Assembly: GCF_963921235.1 (NCBI RefSeq)
Contig: NC_086097.1
Coordinates: forward strand, 170,006,001 to 170,070,000
Direction: 5' to 3'
DNA from: Mobula hypostoma
Lineage: Eukaryota
Length of the DNA stretch: 64,000 nt
In this document: piece by piece, positions 49,959 through 62,213 of the stretch
How the letters are laid out: each line of letters begins with the position of its first letter
Position numbering within the stretch: the stretch's first letter is position 1
Program-made: the position numbers and the translations under genes
Notes under the pieces: model-generated
Told to the model about the DNA's origin: nothing
Seen by the model: only the letters and a program-made list of their open reading frames with translations
The model's database searches: none

Positions 49959-52579
49959 CAGAGAAACATAGAAACAGCCCACAACGCTGTGCTGAACATG
50001 TACTTACTTTAGAAATTACCTAGCGTTACACACATCCCTCTGTTTTCCTAAGCTCCATGTACCTATCCAGGAGTCTCTTAAAAGACCCTATTGCATCTGC
50101 CTCCACCACCATTGCCAGCAGCCCATTCCATGCATTCAGTTCTCTGTGTAAAAAAAAACTTAACCCGACATATCCTCTGTATCTACTTCTAAGCACCTTA
50201 AAACTGTGCCCTCTCATGTTAGCCATTCCAGCCCTGGGAAAAAGCCTCTGACTATCCACAGGATCAATGCCTCTCATCACCTTATACACCTCTATCAGGT
50301 CACCTCTCATCCTCCGTCACTCTAAGGAGAAAAGGCCGAGTTCACTCAACCTATTCTCATAAGGCATGCTCCCCAATCTAGCAACATCCTTGTAAATCTC
50401 CTCTGCACCCTTTCTATAGTTTCTACATCCTTCCTGTAGTGAGGTGAACAGAACTGAATGCAGTACTTCAAGTGGGGTCTGACCAGGGTCCTATATAGCT
50501 GTAACATTACCTCTCGACTCTTAAACTCAATCCCATGGTTGATGTAGGCCAATGCACCATATGCCTTCTTAGCCACAGAGTCAGCTTTGAGTGTCCTATG
50601 GACGCAGACCCCAAGATCTCTCTGATCCTCCACACTGCCAAGGGTCTTACCATTAATACTATATATTGCCATCATATTTGACCTATCAAAATGAACCACT
50701 TCACACTCATCTGGGTTGAACTCCATTTTCCACCTCAGCCCAGTTTTGCATCCTATCAATGTCCCGCTGTAACCTCTGACAGCCCTCCACACTATCCATA
50801 ACACCTCCAACCTTTGTGTCATCAGCAAGTTTACTAACCCATCCTTCCACTTCCTTATCCAGGTCATTTATAAAAATCACGAAGAGTAGGGGTCCCAGAA
50901 CAGATCCCTGAGGCACACCACTGGTGACCGACCTCCATGCAGAATATGACCCATCTTCCACCACTTTTTGCCTTCTGTGAGCAAGCCAATTCTAGATCCA
51001 CAAAACAAGGTCCTCTTGGATCCCATTCCTCCTTACTTTCTCAATAAGCCTTGCATGGGGTACCTTATCAAATGCCTTGCTGAAATCCAGAGACACTACG
51101 TCTACTGCTCTTCCTTTATCAATGTGTCTAGTCACATACTCAAAACATTCAATCAGGCTCGTAAGCCACAATCTGCCTTTGACAAAGCCATGCTGACTAT
51201 TCCTAATCTTATTATGTCTCTCCAAATGTTCAGAAATCTTGCTGCTCAGGATCTTCTCTTTCAACTTACGAACCAATGAAGTAAGACTCACTGGTCTATA
51301 ATTTCCTTGCTATTTCTACTCCCTTTCTTGAATAAGGAAACAACATCTGCAACTCTCCAATCCTCTGGAACCTCTCCCATCCCCATTGATGAAGCAAAGA
51401 TCGTTGCCAGAGGCTCAGCATCCTCTCCCATCCCCATTGATGATGCAAAGATCATTGTCAGAGGCTACTTGCTTCCCACAGTAGCCTGGGTACATCTCAT
51501 CTGGTCCTGGAGCCTTATCCAATTTGATGCTTTCCAAAAGCTCCAGCACATCCTCTTTCTTAATGTCTATATGCTCAAGCTTTTCAATCTGCTGCAAGTC
51601 ATCCCTACAATCGCCAAGATCCTTTTCCATAGTGAATACTGAAGAAAAGTATGCATTAAGTATCTCTGCTACCTCCTTCAGTTCCATACACACTTTTCCA
51701 CTGTTACACTTGATTGGTCCCATTCTCTAACATCTTATCCTCTTGCTTTTAACATACTTGTAGAATGCCTTGAGGTTTTCCTTAATTCTGCTCACCAAGA
51801 CCTTCTCATGACCCCTTCTGGCTCTGCTAATTTCATTCTTAAACTCCTTCCTGTTAGCCTTATAATTTTCTAGATCTCTATCATTATCTAGTCTTTTGAA
51901 ACTTTCGTAAGCTTTCTTTTCTTCTTGACTAGATTTTCAACAGCCTTTGTACACCATGGTTCCTGTACCCTACCATCTTTTCCCTGTCTCACTGGAACGT
52001 ATCTATGAAACATCTAAATCCTGGCACTCCAAGTAGCCATTCTTGCCTCTGAGCCATCTAAGTCTCCGTAGTGGCCACAACATCATAGCTCCAAGTACTG
52101 ATCCACGCTCTAAGCTCATCCACTTTGTTCATGATACTTCTTGCATTAAAATAGACACACCTCAAACCATCGGTCTGAGCACATCCCTTCTCTATCACCT
52201 GTCTTTCCTTTCTCTCTCACTGTCTCCAAGCTTTCTCTATTTATAAGCCAACAGCCCTTTCCTCTGTCTCCTCAGTTTGCTTCCCACCCCCCGGCAATTC
52301 TAGTTTAAACTCTCCCCAATAGCCTTAGCGAACCTCCCTGTCAGGATAATGGTCCCCCTGGGAGTCAAGTGCAACCCGTCCTTTTTGTACAGGTCACGTC
52401 TGCTCTAAGAGAGGACTCAATGATCCAGAAATCTGAATTCCTGCCCGCTGCTCCAATCCATCAGCCACACATTTATCCTCCACCTCATTCTATTCCACTG
52501 TCACATGGCACAGGCAGTAATCCCGAAATTACTACCTTTGAGGTCCTGCTTCTCAACTTCCTTCCTAACTTCCTGAAAT
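49959..52579 (-). mobile_element. CR1 from the end of ORF1 to the 3' tail, with internal deletion
   Basis: ORF1 end GAGAGTTTAAACTAG (52315-52300); EN deleted at ~52007; ~45-bp tandem duplication at ~51372-51465; GVPQGSVLGPLLF..KLADDTK; flanked by CATAAA (49953-49958, 52580-52585). Confidence 0.9.
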
Positions 52580-55574
52580 CATAAAGGGTAACAGAGAGTT
52601 GAGGGTAGATATAGGACCAATAGAAAATGACGCTGGAGATATTGTAATGAGAGACGCAGAGATGGCAGAGGAACTGAATGTGTATTTTGCATCAGTCTCC
52701 ACAGTGGAAGACATCTGCAGTATACCGGACGTTCAACAGTGTCAGGGAAGTGAAGTATATGCAGCGAAAATTACAACTGAGAAGGTGCTCAGGAAGCTTA
52801 ATGGTCTGAGGGTGGATAAATCTCCTGGACATGATGGAATGCACCCTTGGGTTCTGAAGGAAGTAGCTGGAGAGACTGTGGAGGCATTAACAATGATCTT
52901 TCAAGAAACGATAGATTCTGGCATTGTACCGGATGACTGGAAATTTGCAAATGTTACTCTGCAATTTAAGAAGGGTGGGAGGCAGCAGAAAGGAAACTAT
53001 AGACCTGTTAGCCTGACATCAGTGGTTGGGAAGTTGTTGGATTTGCTTGTTAGGGATAGATTATGGAACACCTGCAGGCACATGACAAGACAGGCAAAAG
53101 CCAGTATGGTTTCCTGAAAGGAAAATCCTGCCTGACTAACCTACTACACTTTTTTGAGGAAATTACAAGCAAGGTAGACAAAGGAGATGCAGTAGATGTG
53201 CTGCTCTTGAAGTTTCAGAAGGTCTTTGACAAGGTGCCGCACATGAGGCTGCTTAGCAAGATAAGAGCCCATGGAATTACAGGGGAGTTACTAGCATGGG
53301 TGGAGCATTGGCTGATCGGCAGAAAACAGAGAGTGTGAGTAAAGGGATCCTATTCTGGCTGGCTACCAGTTAGTAGTGGAGTTCCACAGGGGTTAGTGTT
53401 GGGACTGCTGCTTTTTACGATGTACGTCAATGATCTGGACAATGGGATTAATGGGTTTGTGGCTAAATTTGCTGATGATACAAAGATAGGTGGAGAAGCA
53501 GGTAGCGTTGAGGAAATAGGAAAGCCTGCAGAGAGACTTAGATAGTTTAGGGGAATGGGCAAATAAGTGACAAATGAAATACAATGTTGGAAAGTGTATG
53601 GTCATGAACTTTGGTGGAAAAAATAAGCAGGCAGACTATTAATTAGATGGGGAGAGAATTCAAAATGTAGAGATGCAAAGGGACTTGGGAGTCCTTGTGC
53701 AGGATATACTAAAGGTTAACCTCCAGGTTGAATCAGTCGGTGGTGAAGAAGGCAAATGCAATGCTGACATTCATTTCTAGAGGTATAGGATATAAGAGCA
53801 GGGATGTGATGTTGAGGCTCTACAAGGCACTCATGAGGCCACACTTGGGATATTGTGTGAAGTTTTGTGTTCCTTATTTTAGAAAGGATATATTGACATT
53901 GGAGAGGGTTCAGAGAAGATACACGAGAATGATTCCAGGAATGAAAGGGTTACCATATGAGGAAGGTCTGGCAGCTCTTGGGCTGTATTCCCTGGAGTTC
54001 AGGAGAATGAGGGGGTATCTCATAGAAACATTGTGAATGTTAAAAGGCCTGAACAGATTAGATACGGCAAAGTTATTTCCCATGGTAGGGGCGTCTAGGA
54101 CGAGAGGGCATGACTTCAGGTTTGAAGGATGTCTATTTAGAACAAAGATGAGGAGAAATTACTTTAGTCAGAGGGTGGTAAATCTGTGGAATTTGTTGCC
54201 ATGAGCGACTGTGGAGGCCAAGTCACTAGGTGCATTTAAGGCAGAGAAAGATAGTTTCTTGATTAGCCAGGGCATCAAGGTGTATGGGGAGAAGGCAGGG
54301 GAGTGGAGATGACTGGAAGAATTGGATCAGCCCATGATTGAATGGTGGAGCAGACTCAATGGGCAGAATGGCCTACTTCTACTCCTATATCTTATGGTCT
54401 TATGGTCTTATCCCTGTTAAGGTGGCTGGAAGAAGGTGTGAGCACAGATGTCTGGGAAATGGAGGAGATGTGGGTGAGGGCAGCATCAATGGTGGAGGAA
54501 GAGAAACTCCATTCCTTGAAGAAGGAGGACATCTCTGATGTCCTGGATAGGAAAACCTCATCCTGGGAACAGATGTAGTAGAGATAATGGAAATGAAAAA
54601 AGGCAATTGCATTTTTACAGGAGACAGGGTGGTAAGAGGTGCAGCCAAATTAGCCATGGGAATCGGTAGGTTTATAAAAATTGTGGCTATACATTTTGTC
54701 TCCAGAGATAGAAACAGAGTGATTGGGAAAGGGGAGAAAGGGGTCAGAAATGGACCAAGTGAATTTAAAGGCAAGGTGGAAGTTGGAGGCAAAGTTGATG
54801 AAATTGATGAACTGATTGTGGGTGCATGAAGCAGCACCAAAGCAGTCATCAATCTAGTGCAGAAAGGCTGGGGAGCATTACCAGAGAAGGCTTGGAATGT
54901 GGACTGTTTCACCTTGCCAACAAAAAGGCAGACGTAGCTGGGGCCCATGTGGGTGCCCATGGCTACCCCTTGAGTTTGGAGAAAGTGGGAGGAGCTGAAG
55001 GAGAAATTGTTGAGGGTGAGGATCAGTTCTTCCAGATGGAGGAGGGTGATCATGGAGGGGAACTGGCTGGAACTTTTGGTTCCAGAGCTTTAAGGCCTTT
55101 TTGATGGGATTGCAATATATAGGTACTGGACATTCATGGTGAAAATGGGGTGATCAGGGCTAGGGAATTGAAGCTGTTGAGGAGATTTAGAGATGTGAGG
55201 TGTTACGGATAAAAGTGGGAAGAGACTGAACAAAAGGGGATAGAATGGAGTTGAGGTATGCGGACATAACTTCAGTTTATAAGTCACTGTCTGAGTCACT
55301 CCTATGAGCTACAGATTCAACTAACAACAGTTAAAAATTCTTTGTTCAATCTCAAAAGCAATGTCCTTGGAGTATCTGATCACTTGAGTTGTTGTTTGAA
55401 ATACTACTTGGAGCCACGATATATTAATCATGCCTTTGATTACAGCAGATACAAATTGAGTTGCTCCCACTGAAGGACAAAAGGTTCCACTTTGCCCCAG
55501 TGGAATATGAATATATTCTTGTCACTGAGGTCAGGACAAAGACATTGAGGCAACAGTATTGATCTTGTGGCATG

Positions 55575-55810
55575 GAGTCTCCAGTGTACAGGATTGAAAA
55601 AAGCTGCAGTGTTGTGGACTCAGCCATCTCTATCATCACAAACGCTACCTCACTATTATCCTCGCTTTTTGTATTATTTATTTATTTTCATATATTTATT
55701 TTTGTAACTTATAATAATTTTTTGTGTCTTGCATTGTATTGCAGCACAAAATAGTGGATTTCATGAGATATGTCAGTGATAATAAACCTGATTCTGACTC
55801 TGATTCTGAA
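55575..55810 (+). mobile_element. Rex1/Babar 3' end
   Basis: AATAAACCTGATTCTGACTCTGATTCTGA tail. Confidence 0.75.
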
Positions 55811-56063
55811 ATCTAATAAAGAATCACAGTTGGCAATTCATGCCTTCAGATCAGAACAGAAAGCCAGGGCTGCCAGAGCTATGGCTGTAGTTTCTATTAG
55901 AGCAGACAGTGTGCCATCCTGATGTGATATGCGACTGTGATTCCTGCAATCTGAGAGAAACAACAGGGAAGAACGGATGTTTTGTTCCAACTTGGAGCTT
56001 GAATACTGACAGTGCAGTGGCAGTGACAGAGTAGCTAATAGCCATTGAGGGTGAGATTTAGTC

Positions 56064-56144
56064 ATGAAGTCCTGCACCATCTACTCTACTGTTGCAACAC
56101 TATTAGTGGTCTATCTTGCTCTGTTTTCATCAACTTGGAGCACC
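56064..56144 (+). CDS. Candidate first coding exon of a host secreted or membrane protein (signal peptide)
   Basis: Lies in non-repeat sequence. ATG context gtcATGa, with an in-frame TGA upstream at 56052-56054. Encodes MKSCTIYSTVATLLVVYLALFSSTWST and is followed by ACC|GTGAGT (phase 0 donor). Possible acceptor TTCATGCCTTCAG ends at 55849. Gene not identified. Confidence 0.55.
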
Positions 56145-56414
56145 GTGAGTGCTGGGATTTCCTGTCAAATTTCCAAGCCTGGACTATTATCTTAGGTGGT
56201 GAAGCATCACACTGCAAAGATGAGTCCTCTCACTTCTCCGGTGTCTCTGGTGAGGATCCAGGTCCAAAGAGAAAAACCTTAGCTCACTCAACCTTTCCAG
56301 CAAAAAGAGGCCAGGATTAAAGCTGACAGCGAAAGGGTGGCAAAAGGCGAGGGAACTGTTTCCTGTATCAGAGCTGCCTTCAGAGGTTATTGCAGCCTTG
56401 GGACAGATCTGACT

Positions 56415-57337
56415 TGAAGTACTGTGTTCAGTTTTGGTTGTCTTATTATAAGAAGGAGGTGGAAGCTTTAGAGAGGGTGCAAAGGAGATATATCAGGATG
56501 CTGCCTGGATTGGAGTAAACTAAAGCTTTTTTTCTTTGAGCAAAGGCAGATGAGAGGCAACATGATAGAGGTGTATAAGATAATAAGGGGTATAGACAGA
56601 GTGGTCTTATTCCCAGGGAAGCAATGGCCCACATATGATGGCGGAATATATCATTAATATAGTATTAATGGTAAGACTCTTGGCAGTGTGGAGGATCAAA
56701 GGGATCTTGGGGCCACAGGACACTCAAAGCTGCTGCGCAGGTTGACTCTGTGGTTAAGAAAGCATATGGTGCATTGGCCTTCATCAATTGTGGGATTGAG
56801 TTTAGGAGCCAAGAGGTAATGTTGTAGCTATATAGGACCCTGGTCAGACCCCACTTGGAGAACTGTTCTCAGTTCTGGTCGCCTCACTGCAGGAAGGGTG
56901 CGGAAGCCATAGAAAGGGTGCAGAGGAGGTTTACAAGAATATTGCCTGGATTGAGGAGCATGCCTTATGAGAATAGGTTGAGTGAACTCAGCCTTTTCTC
57001 CTTGGAGCGACGGAGGATGAGAGGTGACCTGATAGAGGTGTACAAGATGATGAGAGGTATTGATCATGTGGATAGTCAGAGGCTTTTTCCCAGGGCTGAA
57101 ATGGTTGCCACAAGAGGACACAAGTTTAAGGTGCTGGAGAGTAGGTACAGAGGAGATGTCAGGGGTAAGTTGTCAGGAGATTGATAGGTATCTAATTAGT
57201 CAGGGTATCAAGGGATATGGGGAAAAATTCAGAAGTTGGAACTAGATGGGAGAATAGTTTAGCTCATGGTGGAGTGGCGGAGCAGACTCGATGGGCCGAA
57301 TGGCCTACTTCTGCTCCTTTGTCTTGTGACCTTGTGA
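56415..57337 (+). mobile_element. Composite of CR1 3' fragments
   Basis: ORF 56855-57184 QFWSPHCRKGAEAIERVQRRFTRIL; TCTTGTGACCTTGTGA tail. Confidence 0.85.
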
Positions 57338-57984
57338 CTCCTCTGCTGTCTAAAATTCTGTCTTTTCTGTCTTAAGCAATGCACCACAGTTTTGTGTGGT
57401 AGTGCTTTGTATTTTTTTATGTTCCTGTTGTATTCATTCTTGTGTAATTTGGTACTATTTATGTTTAATTTATGTTTTTCTTGTGAATACTGTGTTCCTA
57501 GTTCTGAAATCTAAGTCTGTGCTGCAGCTGCAAATAGATTTTTATTGAAACTCTGCGTACATGTACCTCAATTTTTGGCTTTGAGGAAGTGAAAGATTTG
57601 TGAACCTTTTAGAGGAAAAATTCTTTCTCATCCTTTACTTCAATGGGTGTCCCCTTATTTTGAAGCAGTGCTTTTAGGACTATCACTCTTGGCATTTTCC
57701 TGTTTATTTCAGATTTGCAGCATCTGTGATATTTTATCATTGTAATGAAATTCAATTAAATATTGTCTTAACAAAACTAATAAGGGACAGTTTGTGAGAG
57801 AAGGTGCCTAAAATATGATCTGACCCATGATAGGTAACGTCCCAAGAGTTAGCTGAAAGGTGAAATCCTGTCAGTAGACAAAAAAGAAATCACCAATTAA
57901 CCTTTCAGGAGTTAGAGTACTTGCTGTCGTTTCTTTATGGAAGCCAAATATTCTGTTTCTTCAGTTTTGTTTGATCAGTCAGGG

Positions 57985-58162
57985 CTGCTAGCCCTGAGCT
58001 AAAACCTGGAGGGAACATTCTTAGTCAGGCCTCTATCCTTTGACCTGTTTGGCATGGGTGATCCTACCAAAATCCAAAGCAGAAGGCCTGACTCTAGCCA
58101 GCATAGCTCTCCAGGACGCTGAGGCATGCAAACCTCTGAACCTCGACAAGGTTGTGGCCACC
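57985..58162 (-). mobile_element. RTE-clade (Rex3/Expander-like) 5' end fragment
   Basis: Minus strand CCACAACCTTGTCGAGG..GGTTTGCATGCCTC..GAGCTATGCTG..GGTAGGATCACCCATGCCAAACAGGTC resembles RTE 5' termini, recognised from memory. Confidence 0.55.
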
Positions 58163-58579
58163 AGGAGTAAAGGGCAGTAAGTAAATAAATACTCTGTTGA
58201 GTTGCAGAAACAACACTGAGGAAGAAATTGGATTGAAGTCAATGATAAAGAGTACTAAGGGAATATTTTTGATAGGGTGAGGTCAGGAATGCAGTGGCAT
58301 AAATTACTGAAGTGATGTACTGGTTCAGTTTACTGCAGTGGCTGAAAACCAGCAGATGGAGTATAATGTGGGGAAATGTAAGGTGATTCGTTCCGGAAGG
58401 AAGAACAGACAAGTGCAAGGGAACCGTTAAATACTTGGCTGCCCTTCCTCATGATAAACAGTAATTTGAAGCAAGCAGTTAGGGATACTCATGTTGGAAT
58501 TCAGAAAATGGCCTTGGAATTCAGAAATCCTGCTGCAGTTCTGTAGGACTTTGATGGGATGACAGCTGGAGACTATGCC

Positions 58580-60360
58580 TTCAAATTTCAAAGTAAGTTT
58601 ATAATGGAAGTACGTATATATCACCATAAAAAACCTTGAGATGCAGTTTCTTGCAGCATACACAGTAAATCCAAGGAACACAGTGGAATCAATGCAAGAC
58701 TGCACCCAATAGCAATCCAATATGCAAACACAAAAGGAAAATAAAAATAATAATAATAATAAATAAATCAGTAATAAATATCGAGAACATGAGATGAAGA
58801 GTCCTTGAAAGTGAGTCCATGGGTTGTGGGAACAGTTCAATGATGGGAAGAGTCAAGTTAAGTCAAGTAATCCCCTCTGGTTCGCAAGTCTGATGGTTCA
58901 GGGATAATAACTATTCCTGAACCTGGTGGTGTAAGTTCTGAGGGTTGATGACAGATGCTGCTTTCTTGCAACAGCGCTCCGTGTAGATGTGCTCAATGGT
59001 GGAGAGGGCTTTAGCCATGACTGACTGGGCTGTATCCACTACTTACTGTTGAATTTTCATTCAAGGGCATTGGTTTTTCCATACCAGGCCATGATGCAAC
59101 CAGTCAATATACTCTCTACCACACATTCGTATAAAGAAATTTGTCAAAATTTCAGATGTCATGCCAAACCTTCACAAGCTTTTAAGTAAGAATAGAAGGA
59201 TCAACAACTTTATATTCCTCGATGTTTTCATTTCAGAGGATCTGCCCTGGGCCCAGCACATAAATGAATATAGCACAGCAACATCTCTACTTCCTTAGGA
59301 GTTTGTGAAGATTTGGCATGGCATCTAAAATTTTGACAAACTTCTATATACATATTTGTGGTGGAAAATATATAGCAGTGGTGAAGAAGCTTGCCTTGAG
59401 ACTGGATGACTGTGCTTTCAAACTCCTACATCTTCTGGAAACCTGTTCTAACCAGCAGGCTGGAGTATTCAAGACTCCCTCAATCACTCACTGTTGTGGT
59501 CTGAGGTTGAACGCCTGCTTCGAAAGAGCAGCAATTGTACTGGTGCCCCAAAAGAGCAGCGTGAACTCCCTCAACAGCTATCTCCCAGTAGCGCTCACAC
59601 TTACTGTGGTGAAGTTGGTTATGGCTAGAATCAACTTCGGTCTGAGCAAGGACCCAGATCCTCTGCAATTTGCCCACCGTCACAGCGGGTGACACCTCAT
59701 GGGCTTTCCACTCTGCTTTGGAGCACCTAAACAGCAACAAAACATACATCAGGCTGCTGCTTATCGATTACAGCTCAGTGTTTGTCACCATCATTCTCTC
59801 AGTACTGAATACGAGTTTCTAAACTTGGGCCTCTATACCTCCCTCTGCAACTGCATCATTGATTTCCTTGTCAGACGACTACAGTCAGAACAAATCAATG
59901 ATAACCTCTCTTCCTCGCTGACTCACTCAGCACAGGCCCCCCTCAATGATGTGTGTATAACCCACTGATCACGACTGTCAAGTAAAGCTCGAGCACCATT
60001 GATAAACTTACCTGTGAAACCACTGCTGTTGGTGGAATCTCAGATGGCAATGATGAGGCACACAGGAGTAAGATAGATTGGCTGGTTGAGTGATTTGAAC
60101 ATCAGCAAGATCAATGAATTGATTGTGGACTTCCGGAAGGGCAAGTTGGCAGAACACTCACTAGTCCTCATTGAGAGTTATGTTTTTGGGAGACAGCATC
60201 TCAGAGGATCTATCCAGAGTCCAACATATTGATACAGTCATGAAGAAGGAATGCCAAGAGCTCAGATAATGAACTTAATCTGGTTCTGATTCATAAGGTG
60301 GAAGAGAGAAAAAGGAATGGCCAGGGTGGCTGGAGTCCTTGAGGACATCAGGATGATTTC
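58580..60360. mobile_element. Cluster of Rex1/Babar fragments in both orientations
   Basis: - strand 3' end at 58580-59195; + strand RT pieces (PVALTLTVVKLVMARIN, DPLQFAH) at 59200-60270. Confidence 0.75.
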
Positions 60361-60590
60361 CAGGCATTGGGGTAAGAGCTATGTTAGACCTGGCTAGGTT
60401 GGTTACAGTGTGACCTGTGGTGAGGGGTGCACTGAGGTTGGGAAATATTACAGGAGTGGGAAGGTATGTTGTACTAGAAATACAAATGTACAGCAGTTTT
60501 GTTTTGCAACCAAGGGGATCAAAGGGCATGGGATGAGTGCATGCAAATTAAGGTAAAAGATTATCCATGATTTGTGTGAATGGAGGAGCA

Positions 60591-61052
60591 TGACAGGAGT
60601 TCAGAAATGGCCCAAGTGCAGAGGGAGATCCACAGTTACAGAATAAACAGTTCACTGAGTTTTAATAAGAGCTGTACAGAACTAAGGAAAATAATAAAGG
60701 CTAAGCCCTCAGGGCCGATAACTAAAAGCTCTCAAACTAACTAAAAACTAATGCCATCACTGTCGCTCAAAAGTAGTAACCTAGAGATACATTAATATTG
60801 CTTCTGTAACAGCATCTTTCTAAATCACGTCCTCTTTCCCGGAATATTGACTAAGGTAACAGGGAGTGTTGTTGTCACTGTGCTTTGATCAAGATTTGAC
60901 AAGACCAAAACAAAAGGAAGTGAGTTAAATGCGATTACAAAGAAACCCTAATTGGCTGGAACGTATGCATTCTCATGGGCATGATTGCCCGCCTTTCAGC
61001 TGCCAGCCTGCGACAGTGCCCAGACCCTGCAGCAGAGCCTGTGGTTGTGACA
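60591..61052 (-). mobile_element. Possible solo LTR (Gypsy-like)
   Basis: Interrupts a CR1 tail (GGAGCA | GGCATGAGG). The minus strand starts TGTCACAACC, contains ATTAAA and CTGCACTTGGG near its end, and ends TGTCA. GACAGG occurs at both junctions. Confidence 0.4.
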
Positions 61053-62000
61053 GACAGGCATGAGGGTAGAGACATTTCGTATCAGTGGAGGAACAATAGA
61101 GGTCATTGCTGACTGTGCCTATTGGATATCGTGGTGCTAAGACAGTCCTGGATTTATTCTACATGGGTCTAACCTCAGTCTTTATAGACTAATGCCAAGG
61201 TGGTGAAAATTAGGAGTTAAAATTCCAGTCCAAGTTTATTGTCATGTGTACTTACACAGGGTATAAATACTATGAAAATTAGCATTTTGTAGCAGTGGCA
61301 GAGCACATTAAAATCATGACAAATGTAAATTAACATAGTCTTACATTAATATAAATTGTTCATAACTTCCACATCGTAATAAGCACAAGGAAGGATGCCT
61401 CACGCTAATATCTTTCATGTACAAGGCATCCTGACCAATACATGACTGTTGGCAATCCACCCGAAATGTTAAGTGCTAAAGAGGAAATGGACAGGGTAAG
61501 TATGGAGGAACTTTCGTTCTCGTGGAAGAGTCAAATCGAGTTAATTGTCATGCACAGGTACGGTGAGGTACTGATACAATGACAACCTTGCAGCAGCACC
61601 ACAGGCATGCCGGTACAGACAACACACAGAACATAAATCATGAATAAATTATACTAAACATTTAGGAGAGCAAAAAAGACTGTGCAAAATAAGACTTCAG
61701 TGGAAAAGCAAAATAAGAAGCAAGTCCCTGGCCGTGTAAGAGATGGTCCATGATGTTCTGTTGTTGAGATAGGACTAGGATAGCCCTAATGCTACCAAAG
61801 GCAGATGTGGAGGCCAGGTCGTTGGGTGTATATAAGGCAGAGACTGACAGATTCTTGATTGGACAAGGCATCAAATGCTATGGGGAGAAGGCCAGGAAAT
61901 GGTGTTTCAGTCAAAGCAAGTAGCTGAAGAAGTGAACGGAAGAATTCGGGTCGAAAAAGTCATTTTTTTTAAAACACTGCTCGGGGAGAAGGGTCTGCAC

Positions 62001-62066
62001 TGCGCAGGCGCGTGACGTAGCGCGCCAAGGTTTAAAAAGCAGACCACCATATACAGCAGCCATTGT
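62001..62066 (+). promoter_or_regulatory. Putative CR1 internal Pol II promoter motifs
   Basis: TGCGCAGGCGCG (NRF1-like), TGACGTA (CRE-like), TTTAAAAA and GCCATTGT (YY1-like). The same order occurs at 18922-18982. Confidence 0.4.
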
Positions 62067-62213
62067 TGTAGTGGCCATCGTCGGAGTGGACTGAGTCAGA
62101 GTGGACTATGTCAGAGTGGGGCGGCTTTGGCTCAAACAGGCTTCGGCGAGAACAGGCAGAGGCCAGGGTAGGTTCCGGTAAGTTTTTTGTTCAGATTGTT
62201 TAGTGCAGTGAGA

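Larger units (their letters stand above)
49294..54411 (+). mobile_element. 5'-truncated CR1 (pieces 49294-49467, 49933-49958, 52580-54411)
   Basis: Pieces join to read ..ERKLATSIKEDT/KSSFKYIK/GNRELRVDIGPIENDAG..; RT motifs follow; (TCTTATGG)n tail at 54390-54411. Confidence 0.9.
48520..55290 (-). mobile_element. Penelope-like element split by nested insertions (48520-49293 and 54412-55290)
   Basis: Right piece has RT motifs LTLNNFSFSSSHFLQTQGVAMGTHMGPSY. Left piece has LALTYHPMSLCIQHIIL, C-terminal QHLIFHLGNFQPDGMNINFS and a degenerate hammerhead at 48591-48626. Confidence 0.85.

Noticed and set aside
59130..59350. Imperfect ~65-bp inverted repeat
   Set aside because: Explained by two overlapping Rex1 fragments in opposite orientation.
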